A DNA stretch of 40,524 nucleotides, from NCBI GenBank assembly GCA_964402885.1, contig CAYOFA010000004.1:1-40524 (forward strand), given 5' to 3'. Both the position numbers and the translations under genes were made by a program. The notes under the pieces were generated by a model. It was not told the DNA's origin. It saw nothing but the letters and a program-made list of their open reading frames with translations, and searched no databases. Of the stretch, positions 31,119 to 40,342 are shown piece after piece (the stretch's first letter is position 1; every line of letters begins with the position of its first letter). The DNA is from an uncultured Spirochaetaceae bacterium (GTDB lineage: Bacteria > Spirochaetota > Spirochaetia > DSM-27196 > PWMO01).

Positions 31119-34106
31119 GTGCTCTCTGCCGCCGGCGGGCAGGAGGCGGCCGGCGCAGGCGCGCCGGACGGGGATCCGATAGAGGAGGCGAACCGCCTCG
31201 TGGAAGAGGGCCGGCTGAACGAGGCCATGCTGGTACTCGAAACGGCCGTTCGCAGGAATCCGGAGCTCATCGAGGAATCGGAGAAAGTCATGGACCGTAT
31301 CCGAAGCCAGCGCGCGGAGTATAACGAGGAGTTCGAGCGACTCATCGACAATCTGATTAACAGTCCCGGCGAAATCGAGCGCACCCTCGCCATCATCGAC
31401 CGGATGGAGGAGCTCGACCGCTTCCCCAACGAACGGGTGGTAGAGCAGGTCACCGAGGCGCGCGTCATCGCGCAGCTCGCCTACGACCGGAATCGCGCCG
31501 CCATTATCATGCGGGAGGCCGCAGAGCTGATCGAACAGGAGCGCTACGCCGATGCGGTGGCGCGCTATCTCTCCGGCTTCGATCTTCAGCGCGACCGGTT
31601 CGAAGAACGGGAGTACGGCAACATATTCGTGAACAGGGTGGATGACGCTCTTGCCCGGGTTCGGGTCAATGCGGAGGCGTTCATCGAAACCGCTCCCGAG
31701 TTCAGAGGAGACGTGACGGCTCTCGAGACCGCGGCGGCACGCGACGCAGTCGAGGAGCTCGAGGCACTCCTCGATGAATACGCCGACGTGTTTCGCCGTA
31801 TCGGGGCGCGGCTCGCCGATATCGAGGAGGCCGCGGGAGAGCTGTCCGAACAGGGGGAGGAGGTCGCCGCCATCGACCCTGAGGATCCCGTGGACTGGCA
31901 TATACGGCTCACCCACCAGTTTTCTGCAGGACGCCCGGATGCGGGGGAGCGTGAAGGGATTATCGGCGCACTTACCACCGCGCGAAGAAGGTCGCGGTTC
32001 GAGCTCGCCGGGACCTTTGCATCCCGCGCGGACACTCACCTCGACCGGGGCGTGACGTTCTCCGAGGAGCGCGCGTGGGAGGACGCCGGCGAGGAGTTTG
32101 AACTCGCCCGGATTCAGGCGGACGCAGGCGTGCGCCTCTCCGTTATCGGAACGGGGCTGGAGACGGATGCCGACTTCGAAGAGACTGTGGCCCAGCTTCC
32201 TGATGCGCTCGACGGCTTGTACGCGGGCGAGCACGTGCGGCGTGAGACGGCGGCGACCCGGGGAGCGCTCGCCGATACGATGGCGGAGGTCGACGCTGAG
32301 CGGGTGGAACCCGCAGACACTGAAGACCTCCAGGTTCTCGCCGACGCGAAAGCCGCCATGTCCGCTCGCGTCGCCGACATACGCGAGCTCGCCACGAACT
32401 GGCAACAGATGACGAATAGCTATCGCGCACTCACTGCCGATGCGTCGAGCGATCGCGTCGACGCCCTTCTCTCGAGCACGGAAGCGGCGGTTTCATCGCG
32501 CGAGGACGAAGTCGTGGAGTATGAGATTGCGACCCTCGACCGCACCGCCGATGTGCGACTCGCGCGCTTCACCGACCGGTTCGAAACGGGGCGTGAGGAC
32601 TATCGCACAGGCATCGACCTGCTCGAAGGCGTGGAGGAGGTCGTGGAGCAGGAAGCCGGTGCCGACGGTGACGAGGAAGCCGTCACGGTTACCTATCGCT
32701 ATCCGGATCGCGCCCTCGAGGAATTCCTGGATGCCCGGAGTGATGTGGATACCCTGCGTACCGATGTGGCGGATGCCCTCGAGTCCTACCGGAATGAGGA
32801 CGAGTACGTATTGCTCGAGGAGCGCATACAGACACAGATCGCCGATGCCGAAGCTCTGCTCGCCGAGATCGACGAGCTTTCGAACGCAATTGCCTCCCGC
32901 ACGACGAGCGCACGGGACCAGATTGCCCGTGCACAGGAGTTGCGAAACGAAGGCGACGGTCTCGTGGCGCAAACCCGGCAGGCCATCAACAGCCTGCAGG
33001 TTGAACGCGCACGTGAGCTGTGGGAGGAGGCGCGGCAACGGTACTTCGAGTCTCTCGAGCTGCAGCAGAACGCGGCATTCCGTGACGAGGCGGACGAGTT
33101 GATAACCGCCCTCGGAGCCGAGATTCAGGAGGCGCGAAACCGCCGCATTGTCCAGCAGGTTCGTGAGCAGATAGATCGGGCCGACACACTCTACGAGCAG
33201 GAGGACTACCAGCAGGCTTACGAGCTGTTGACCGAGGCGCGCGATCTGTGGCAACAGACCAACGTGCAGCCCAACCCGGAGATCGAGCGCCTCCTTCGCT
33301 TCGTCAATGCGGCGCTGAACCTCGAGAACACCCGCACCCTCGCCGAAACCGAGCCGCTCTATCCGGTGCTCTCGAGTTACCTCAACCTCGCGCGGCGCGA
33401 CTACAACGAAGCCCAGGAGGCGGTGGAGGGCAGCGGGGATACAGCGGCGCAGCAGCTTCTCGCGCGCGCGGAAGAGAACGTAGATAACGTCACCTCGGTG
33501 CGCCCCTACAACTGGGAAGCACGCATTCTCAAGCTCCGTATTCTCAGGCTCCAAGACTCCGAGAACTTCGACGAGGTATTCGAGCGGCGCTTCGAGGAGG
33601 CCGTCGAGCGAAAGGATGATGAGCCGCAGGAAGCCCTCACCGCCTTCGAAACGCTTGCCGCCATCAATCCCGATTATCCCGGCCTTCAGGATCAGATCGT
33701 GGAGCTCGAGATCGAGCTCGGGATCCGGCCCGACCCGGTTACCCAGGCGCAGATCGCCGAGTCGAATCGGCTCCTCAACCAGGCGCGGGAGGTTGCCGCC
33801 GGTGCCGGCGAGGCGCAGCGGCAGGCGGCCATGTCGATTCTCGAAGAGGCGGTCACTCTCAACCCCGAGAACCGTGAGGCGCAGATTCTCCTCGACCGGT
33901 TGCGGATCCAGAGCGGTGGTCAGGCAACAGTTGCCCTCTCTTCCGCGGAGGAACAGCAACTGCGCCGTGCCGAAACCCTCTTCATCCAGGACAACGCCGC
34001 CCAGGCCTATGCCATTGTCCAGCAGCTCCTGCGCGACGAGGACAATCAGCGCTACCCGCCGCTTCTCGATCTCGAGCAGCGCATAGCGGCGAGGCTCGGC
34101 CTATGA
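31119..34106 (+). CDS. Exported, highly acidic all-helical TPR-like repeat protein (function unknown)
   Basis: 995-aa ORF rich in E/A/R/L, with recurring TPR-like units (EEANRLVEEGRLNEAMLVLETAVRRNPE; ALTAFETLAAINPDYPGL; LEEAVTLNPENREAQILL; DNAAQAYAIVQQLL). The GTG at 31119 is the first canonical start. The frame stays open upstream to 31029 and encodes a signal-peptide core, so the true start is probably earlier (see findings). Confidence 0.7.
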   Translation: MLSAAGGQEAAGAGAPDGDPIEEANRLVEEGRLNEAMLVLETAVRRNPELIEESEKVMDRIRSQRAEYNEEFERLIDNLINSPGEIERTLAIIDRMEELDRFPNERVVEQVTEARVIAQLAYDRNRAAIIMREAAELIEQERYADAVARYLSGFDLQRDRFEEREYGNIFVNRVDDALARVRVNAEAFIETAPEFRGDVTALETAAARDAVEELEALLDEYADVFRRIGARLADIEEAAGELSEQGEEVAAIDPEDPVDWHIRLTHQFSAGRPDAGEREGIIGALTTARRRSRFELAGTFASRADTHLDRGVTFSEERAWEDAGEEFELARIQADAGVRLSVIGTGLETDADFEETVAQLPDALDGLYAGEHVRRETAATRGALADTMAEVDAERVEPADTEDLQVLADAKAAMSARVADIRELATNWQQMTNSYRALTADASSDRVDALLSSTEAAVSSREDEVVEYEIATLDRTADVRLARFTDRFETGREDYRTGIDLLEGVEEVVEQEAGADGDEEAVTVTYRYPDRALEEFLDARSDVDTLRTDVADALESYRNEDEYVLLEERIQTQIADAEALLAEIDELSNAIASRTTSARDQIARAQELRNEGDGLVAQTRQAINSLQVERARELWEEARQRYFESLELQQNAAFRDEADELITALGAEIQEARNRRIVQQVREQIDRADTLYEQEDYQQAYELLTEARDLWQQTNVQPNPEIERLLRFVNAALNLENTRTLAETEPLYPVLSSYLNLARRDYNEAQEAVEGSGDTAAQQLLARAEENVDNVTSVRPYNWEARILKLRILRLQDSENFDEVFERRFEEAVERKDDEPQEALTAFETLAAINPDYPGLQDQIVELEIELGIRPDPVTQAQIAESNRLLNQAREVAAGAGEAQRQAAMSILEEAVTLNPENREAQILLDRLRIQSGGQATVALSSAEEQQLRRAETLFIQDNAAQAYAIVQQLLRDEDNQRYPPLLDLEQRIAARLGL

Positions 34107-37100
34107 TGTCCCGACCGAATCGGGCGCCGGGCCGCGAGCGACCGCGAGGCGGCGCCCGCGCCGGCCGAGGCGTCGTCGTCCTCCTGCTGTCGTGCGTCCT
34201 GGGCCTGTGGGCGGCGCCGGTACTCTCCGCACAGGATCTCTCGACGGAGGCGAGCGGACTGTTTTTCGAGAACCCGCGGTTTCTCGTTGACCAGAACGCG
34301 TACTTCCCGCTCGCCCTCACCGGTGATGACAACCTCTACGTGATCTACCAGGAGGTCGAACGGAACGATGAGGAGGAGGAGGGCGGGGAAATCCATATCT
34401 CAGTTGCCGTATCCGAGCGTGGTCGGGAGTGGGAGTATCGCCGCCGCGTCGTGGGGCCCATTGAGTATGACCGCGAGAGCCCGCCGGTGGTGTTCACCGC
34501 CGAGGTTACCGCGAACGGCGACATCCACATGGCTCTGGTCGAGTCGGCCTCCCAAACCCGTGTGCTCGTCTCCTCCAACCAGGGACGCAGTTTCCGGGAA
34601 ACGGCGACGCTGGAAACCGAGGTCACCAGCGTCGCCCCGCGGTTGTTCGTCACGAGCGACGGAGGTCTTCTTCTGTTCGTCAACCAGAATGTCGGAACCA
34701 CGCAGAGCATTCTCTACTCCTACTCGGCGGAGGGCCGGCGGTGGTCGGAATTCGACGAGATCGTCGACGATCCCGATATCGGATTCAATTTTCTTCCCGA
34801 TCACGCCACTTTGAACGGGCGCGACTACGTGGTGTTCCAGAGTGTGAATCCCAATCAGGCGCCGACCTATCAGCTCTATCTGAAGACCAGTGATGACGGG
34901 GGACGCAGCTGGAGCGATGCACGCCTCATTTCGGACTTCGAGCCGGAGGACACGGATGCCGCGTACCTGGACTACGACAATCAGCGGCCCTTCATTGAGC
35001 TGGTCGACGGCGAGCTGGGCCTCGTATGGGAGCGCCAGACCGGCGCCAGGCCGCGGCAGATCTACTACGCCGCCATCAACTCGGACGGTGAGATATCGGG
35101 CAGGCCCGAGGCGGTTAGTCGGGGGCTCGATAACACCAGCTATCCGCAGATCGTGCGCCACGACGATGAGATCTTCACGATGTGGTTCACCAATCCCTCC
35201 GGACAATCGCAGATTCGCATTGCGGCCCGAATTCGCGGGCTGTGGCGGAGTCGAAACATCAGCTCCGTAGACGGGTCCTCCACCTTCGGCAGTCCGATCG
35301 TGCACCGCGACCGGCTGCACGTGTTCTGGCAGAATCGTCGCGACGACGGTGCTCCCTCTCTCGTATACCTCGAGCCCGACCAGCGTGCGCAGCCGCCTGA
35401 TCTGCGCGCGGCGAACTACGTGCCGGGCCGGCGGTCTTCGCGTGAGCGGGCCGAGTTCACCTGGAGCCCGCCGGACGACCCCTCCGGAATAGCCGGCTAC
35501 AGCGCGCGGTGGTCACAGAATCCCGATGCCTTCGTTCCACGACGGGTGGAATACGAGCCTACCACGCAGTCCGCGAGCTTTCTGGCCGAAGAGGACGGCG
35601 AGTGGTACCTGAGAATCCGTGCGGTGGACCGCGCCGGAAACTGGTCTGAGCCCACCTCGCTGCGCTTCTTCCGAGACACCACACCGCCGCCTCCGATCAC
35701 CTTCGAGGAGCCGGCCACCGACGAGGAAGGCTATCTTGCCTCGAACACCTTCACCCTGCGCTGGGAGCCGCCCGAAGAGGCGGAGGACGTCGCGGGGTAT
35801 AGCGTGACGCTTCGCAGGCTCGGGGCTGCCGGCGCGGATGAGCCCGAGGAATTCAACGCGTCGGTGCAGCTTCCGCAGCGGGTGGTCACGAGCTCGCCGG
35901 CGATCTCGCGGGAAAACATCGATAACGGCCTCTGGGCGTTGAGTGTGGCCCCCGTCGACACAGTCGGAAACGTCGGTGAGGCGCGGACACAGTTTCTGCG
36001 CCTCAACAAGTACATTCCCGTCACCGAGGTATACCGGATCGCGAGCAGCCGGGACATGCTCAATCGCTACAATTTGAGCATTGACGGGCGAGGATTCACG
36101 GCAAACGGAGTGATCGACCGCATCATCCTCGATGCGGACGGCGAGGAACCCTACGATCATGTGTTCCGCCGTGCCGACGGCGATTTCCGGATCGTGGATA
36201 ACCGAAACATCGAGGGGCTGCGGATCGACATCATCGATACCGGCAGCTACAGGATCATTCTGAGCCACACCGAGCGCGGCTTGCACACAGTGGACCGCAG
36301 GTTGTCCTTCGATGCACCGGGAACCGTTACGTTCGGCGATTTTCGGATCGCGAGCTCCCCGTCATTTGCCGTCCGGGACGGGGCTGCCTGGCAGTTCGAC
36401 GGATGGGAACCCCTGATGTGGGTCGCGGCAGCGCTGCTCGGACTTCTGGGCCTGTTTTCCGCCACGCGGCTGGTGGGCATAGTTCAGGAGGGACGAGAGC
36501 TGGAACTCGAGGTGAAGGCGCTCATAGAGAGTCGGCCCATGCCACGGGAGCAGAAACAACGAAGGTTGGAAGCAATGAGTCGTAAACGAACCAGTCTGAG
36601 AGTGAAGTTCAGCGTCTTCGTCGTGGTACTTATCGTGTCGGTCATCCTTGCGCTGGCACTCATCCTCGGAAACACGGCACTCGAGCGTCAGGAGCGAACC
36701 CTCGCCCGCGGTCTCGAGCAACGGGTGCAGGTGCTCCTCGACAGCGTCACAAATCAGGCCGAGGATCTTCTGACGAGTCCGGCCGATAACCGTGTCGATC
36801 TGGCAACGCTCGCCCAGCAGGCCGACGTCATGGCCGAGGGCCTCTATATCACCATCACCGGCCCGGCGCGGGATGGTGCCGGATTCGATGCCGTATGGGC
36901 GACGAGCGACACGGTGCTGACCTCCGATGCCGAGGCTGGCGGTATGGTGCCGAGAAGCCTCGATACCGAGAGCTTTGTTCCCGGCGAGTCACGACTGCAG
37001 GACCCGGTGGTCGAGCGCCGCGAAGAGCTCGAGGAGGAGATTAACGAGGAGGCCCGGTCGCGTCTCGGCGACATTCCCTCCCAGCTTGCGGAAGTCCGGC

Positions 37101-38809
37101 GCGAGCTGACGAACCTTCTCCGGCAGGGCGTGGCGCCCGATGACCCGGAGCTGGTCGACCTCGATAACACCCAGCGGGAGCTTCAGCAGCGACAGTCGCA
37201 AATCCTGCAGGAGGTGGGGAGCATTTTCCGCAGCGTTCCCCCCTTCGAGCCGGAGGAGCTCTCCACCGACATCACCGAATACGTGTTCTATCAGCCGGTA
37301 GTGTTTGCGCGAGCCCAGGAGGACCCCGAGACTGCACGCTACTTCCGCGGCCTGATACGCCTTGGTATTTCCACCGACATCATCCTCGAGGAGATCGACA
37401 CCGCCCGCCGGCAGCTCATCATCAGTACCGCCATCGTGGCGCTCGGCGCTCTCGCGGGCGGTATCGGCGGGGCGCTGCTGCTTGCGACGATCGTCGTCAT
37501 TCCGATCCGACGACTCGTGGAAGGGGTCGCGGTCATCCGCGACACCGAACAGAAGGAGAAGCTCAAGAATCACGTGATAGACGTCCGCACGCGCGATGAG
37601 CTCTCCGAGCTCGCCGAGACGGTGAACTCCATGACACAGGGGCTGGTCAGGGCGGCAGAAGCCAACAAGGACCTTACCATCGGTAAGGAAGTGCAGAAGA
37701 AGTTCATTCCGCTTATGGAGGACAGCGAGCGGAGAAAACTCACGATGGCGCGCGAGGATACCGCCCAGGCGGAGTTTGCCGGTTACTACGAGGGCGCGAA
37801 AGGCGTTTCGGGTGACTACTTCCGCTACCAGAAGCTCGATGACCGGCACTACGCGGTGATCAAGTGCGATATTTCCGGCAAGGGCGTCCCGGCGGCTCTT
37901 ATCATGGTGCAGGTTGCCACACTGTTCACGAACTATTTCCAGGACTGGACACTGAAAAAGAAGGGCCTCGCCCTCGGAGGCTTCGTTACCCAGGTCAACG
38001 ACATCATCGCCAGTATCGGATTCGAGGGACGCTTCGCAGCGTTTACCGCCGGCATCCTCAACATCGAGACGGGCTCGGTGCGACTCTGCAACGCGGGCGA
38101 CACGAAGATCCACCTCTACGATCAGGCCTCACGGAAGGCCGTCGAGCGTGATCTCCCGCGGGCCCCCGCCGCCGGCGTGTTCTCGAGCGACATGATCCCC
38201 ACGGGCTTCCCGGAGAACGATCTGGTACTTCACGCCGGGGACATCATGCTGCTGTTCACCGATGGTATCGAGGAGGCAAAGCGTGGTCTGCGGACCGAGA
38301 ACTACGCGCCCATGGTTCTCTCCGAAGAGGATATCGCAAAGGAACGCACCCCGGAGTGGCTGGAGCCGCTGCTCGAAAAGAAGTCGGTTACGCGCAAGCA
38401 GAGCGGGGAGCTCGAGGAGGAGCTCGGGATCCCGCGTATCCACGAGATCGTGACCGCATTCCAGAACCGCCGGCGGTACCGGCTGGAGAAGGTTGCAGAC
38501 CCCGACGGCGATGATGAGCTGTTGTTCGACTTCTCCGACGTTGGAGAGAGCCTCGAGGAGCTCGTACTCGCGCTGGTCGCCGTCGAGAAGATCTTTCGAA
38601 TGTACCGGCCGAATGACGTCACGCCGGATGACCGTGTGCAGGTGGATGTCCGCATCGACGACTTCCTCAGAAAGCACTTCCGCCAGTATGACCGCTTCTT
38701 CCGCTATCCGTTGGACTCGGACGACGACTCCCAGTACCGCTACTATGGACGCGTTCGCGAGGAGGAACAGTACGACGACCTTACCATCCTTACGATCAGA
38801 AAACGATGA
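34103..38809 (+). CDS. Membrane-bound sensor PP2C phosphatase (SpoIIE/RsbU family) with BNR-propeller and Fn3-like ectodomain, three TM segments and a HAMP domain
   Basis: Domain order along the protein:
- Signal/anchor: VVVLLLSCVLGLWAAPVLSAQ.
- Asp-box/BNR repeats: SSNQGRSF, SAEGRRWS, TSDDGGRSWS.
- Two Fn3-like modules: FTWSPPDD...IRAVDRAGNWSEP and FTLRWEPPEE...VAPVDTVGNVGEA.
- TM segments at aa ~769-794, 835-856 and 1106-1135.
- HAMP: PIRRLVEGVAVI...ELSELAETVNSMTQGL.
- PP2C blocks: SGDYFRY, AVIKCDISGKGVPAAL, LLFTDGIEEA, and terminal DDLTILTIRK.
The ATG overlaps the upstream stop (ATGA). Confidence 0.9.
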   Translation: MMSRPNRAPGRERPRGGARAGRGVVVLLLSCVLGLWAAPVLSAQDLSTEASGLFFENPRFLVDQNAYFPLALTGDDNLYVIYQEVERNDEEEEGGEIHISVAVSERGREWEYRRRVVGPIEYDRESPPVVFTAEVTANGDIHMALVESASQTRVLVSSNQGRSFRETATLETEVTSVAPRLFVTSDGGLLLFVNQNVGTTQSILYSYSAEGRRWSEFDEIVDDPDIGFNFLPDHATLNGRDYVVFQSVNPNQAPTYQLYLKTSDDGGRSWSDARLISDFEPEDTDAAYLDYDNQRPFIELVDGELGLVWERQTGARPRQIYYAAINSDGEISGRPEAVSRGLDNTSYPQIVRHDDEIFTMWFTNPSGQSQIRIAARIRGLWRSRNISSVDGSSTFGSPIVHRDRLHVFWQNRRDDGAPSLVYLEPDQRAQPPDLRAANYVPGRRSSRERAEFTWSPPDDPSGIAGYSARWSQNPDAFVPRRVEYEPTTQSASFLAEEDGEWYLRIRAVDRAGNWSEPTSLRFFRDTTPPPPITFEEPATDEEGYLASNTFTLRWEPPEEAEDVAGYSVTLRRLGAAGADEPEEFNASVQLPQRVVTSSPAISRENIDNGLWALSVAPVDTVGNVGEARTQFLRLNKYIPVTEVYRIASSRDMLNRYNLSIDGRGFTANGVIDRIILDADGEEPYDHVFRRADGDFRIVDNRNIEGLRIDIIDTGSYRIILSHTERGLHTVDRRLSFDAPGTVTFGDFRIASSPSFAVRDGAAWQFDGWEPLMWVAAALLGLLGLFSATRLVGIVQEGRELELEVKALIESRPMPREQKQRRLEAMSRKRTSLRVKFSVFVVVLIVSVILALALILGNTALERQERTLARGLEQRVQVLLDSVTNQAEDLLTSPADNRVDLATLAQQADVMAEGLYITITGPARDGAGFDAVWATSDTVLTSDAEAGGMVPRSLDTESFVPGESRLQDPVVERREELEEEINEEARSRLGDIPSQLAEVRRELTNLLRQGVAPDDPELVDLDNTQRELQQRQSQILQEVGSIFRSVPPFEPEELSTDITEYVFYQPVVFARAQEDPETARYFRGLIRLGISTDIILEEIDTARRQLIISTAIVALGALAGGIGGALLLATIVVIPIRRLVEGVAVIRDTEQKEKLKNHVIDVRTRDELSELAETVNSMTQGLVRAAEANKDLTIGKEVQKKFIPLMEDSERRKLTMAREDTAQAEFAGYYEGAKGVSGDYFRYQKLDDRHYAVIKCDISGKGVPAALIMVQVATLFTNYFQDWTLKKKGLALGGFVTQVNDIIASIGFEGRFAAFTAGILNIETGSVRLCNAGDTKIHLYDQASRKAVERDLPRAPAAGVFSSDMIPTGFPENDLVLHAGDIMLLFTDGIEEAKRGLRTENYAPMVLSEEDIAKERTPEWLEPLLEKKSVTRKQSGELEEELGIPRIHEIVTAFQNRRRYRLEKVADPDGDDELLFDFSDVGESLEELVLALVAVEKIFRMYRPNDVTPDDRVQVDVRIDDFLRKHFRQYDRFFRYPLDSDDDSQYRYYGRVREEEQYDDLTILTIRKR

Positions 38810-38838
38810 GGCATGTAGCGGGGCGGAGCACGGCGGCG

Positions 38839-38880
38839 CCGGGCGCCGGCGCCCGGACTCGAGCATGTGGCGCCGGCGCC
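38839..38880. repeat. GC-only palindromes built on GGCGCC in the intergenic region after the phosphatase gene
   Basis: Perfect 18-bp palindrome CCGGGCGCCGGCGCCCGG (38839-38856), perfect 12-bp palindrome GGCGCCGGCGCC (38869-38880), and a further GGCGCCGGC at 38901-38909. No T-tract follows. Confidence 0.6.
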
Positions 38881-38966
38881 GCCGCGCGGCCGGACCATGG
38901 GGCGCCGGCATCGGGAGTCGAGCAGTCAGGGCCCAAGGTTCGCCGCGTCGTGCCGATACTAGCAGC

Positions 38967-39938
38967 ATGAAACGATTCGTCGCCAGTGTGCTCGTATTCG
39001 CGCTTGCGCCGCTCCTCTACGCGCAGACAGTGACGGTGGACAACGCCGAGGACGAGCTTCTCGTGTTCACCGTTGTCACCGCGACCTCGATGCCGGACCG
39101 TGAGGAGGTGCAAGCCGCCGTTGATGCGGGGGAGGTGGAGCTTCGCTACGTGCCGCCGCAGGGAGCCGTCACGGCTGTCCCCGTTTCGCCGGGTGCGGCC
39201 GTCGTGGGTGCTTTCGTCTCGCCGGCGCGGGACAGCCACCCGGTGGTGTTCACCGGCCCACTCGAAGATGAGTATGTAACCGTCTCCCGGGCCGACACCG
39301 TCAGTGAGGCCGGCCGCGCGGTGACGGTCGACGACGCCCTTGTCGGGCGTGCATTCGCCGGTCACCCCGTCATCATCGACAACGACTACGTGGACTGGGA
39401 CGATTTTGAGCCTTCGGCCGCCTTCTCTCGCGCGGGGAGGCCGACGGAGGCCGAGCAGACGCGGGCCGGCACAACGCGAACCCGCACGGTTGATGACTCG
39501 CTCTACTGGGGGAAAGGGGGCACTGTCGTCGAAGCGATCAAGCTCGTTTTCTCGTCGGAGTACGCCTACGCCATGATCGAGAGCGGGAGCGCGATAGAGC
39601 AGGGCGCCGCCTACGTGCTCTACGCCTATGACGACCGCAGTCGCTCCCGGGCGCGCTACACGGTGGAGATCCCCGTCACCGACGGCAAGACCGGTTTTGT
39701 GTTTCTGTGGACGCCCGACCGTGACCGGCCGGCAATCGTCGGTGAGTTCGTTCGAGAGTCCTACTACCTGGAGGCCCGGATCGATCTCTCGCGGGTGCCT
39801 GGGGGCTTGCCGATGGACGAGGGCAGCCTGAGTTTCGACTTTTCGTCGGTGTACTCGGGAGCCCGTGTGACCGAGGAGTTCTTCTACACAACGCTCTATG
39901 CACGTGATATCGTATATCGAAGCCCAACCGGGCGATAA
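38967..39938 (+). CDS. Exported hypothetical protein (323 aa)
   Basis: In-frame ATG at 38967 inside track ORF 38493..39938. Signal peptide MKRFVASVLVFALAPLLYAQ, then a beta-rich sequence with no recognised family. Confidence 0.6.
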   Translation: MKRFVASVLVFALAPLLYAQTVTVDNAEDELLVFTVVTATSMPDREEVQAAVDAGEVELRYVPPQGAVTAVPVSPGAAVVGAFVSPARDSHPVVFTGPLEDEYVTVSRADTVSEAGRAVTVDDALVGRAFAGHPVIIDNDYVDWDDFEPSAAFSRAGRPTEAEQTRAGTTRTRTVDDSLYWGKGGTVVEAIKLVFSSEYAYAMIESGSAIEQGAAYVLYAYDDRSRSRARYTVEIPVTDGKTGFVFLWTPDRDRPAIVGEFVRESYYLEARIDLSRVPGGLPMDEGSLSFDFSSVYSGARVTEEFFYTTLYARDIVYRSPTGR

Positions 39939-39952
39939 CGAGAAACTTGACC

Positions 39953-40342
39953 ATGACCCGCAGCCGCTTCTTCTGCGAAAACTGTGGCACCGAAGTACGC
40001 CCTCATGCGAAGGTATGCCCGAAGTGCGGCCGTTTCTTCTCGGCCGTGCGCTGTCCGCAGTGTGGCTATACCGGCGAGGGAAAAGAGTTCCTCCACGGGT
40101 GCCCGAACTGCGGCTACAGTGGCGGCGGCATACGCGGCGCGGGACGGGGAACGGCTCGCGAGGAGTGGTACGACGCGGCCGAGCTGGAAACGGGCGAGGA
40201 CGAATCGGCCATGTCGCGTACGGCGAGAGGCCGGGTGGGCAAAAAGCGCAATCCGCCGCCGGGGTGGGTCTACTGGCTGGCGCTGGGGCTGGTGACGCTG
40301 GTCTTCATCATCATGGTGATCATCTACGTGAGCATCTCGTGA
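39953..40342 (+). CDS. Double zinc-ribbon protein with C-terminal transmembrane anchor
   Basis: Four CxxC pairs (CENCG, CPKCG, CPQCG, CPNCG), then a charged linker and a TM helix, WVYWLALGLVTLVFIIMVIIYV. ATG at 39953 (TTG alternative at 39947). Confidence 0.7.
   Translation: MTRSRFFCENCGTEVRPHAKVCPKCGRFFSAVRCPQCGYTGEGKEFLHGCPNCGYSGGGIRGAGRGTAREEWYDAAELETGEDESAMSRTARGRVGKKRNPPPGWVYWLALGLVTLVFIIMVIIYVSIS

Noticed and set aside
31101-33959. Minus-strand ORFs 31101..32405 (434 aa) and 32493..33959 (488 aa)
   Set aside because: They are antisense to the TPR-like protein. The sense strand has coherent helical repeat structure and operon coupling to the next gene.
38810-38966. Possible tRNA or small RNA gene in the largest GC-rich spacer
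   Set aside because: No cloverleaf can be drawn: there is no T-loop GTTCRANYC with a paired stem and no D-loop. The region is explained by GGCGCC-based palindromes.
34400-38968. Minus-strand ORFs 34400..35320, 35513..36286, 36989..38113 and 38129..38968
   Set aside because: All are antisense to the sensor phosphatase, whose domains (BNR, Fn3-like, HAMP, PP2C) are readable in the plus frame.
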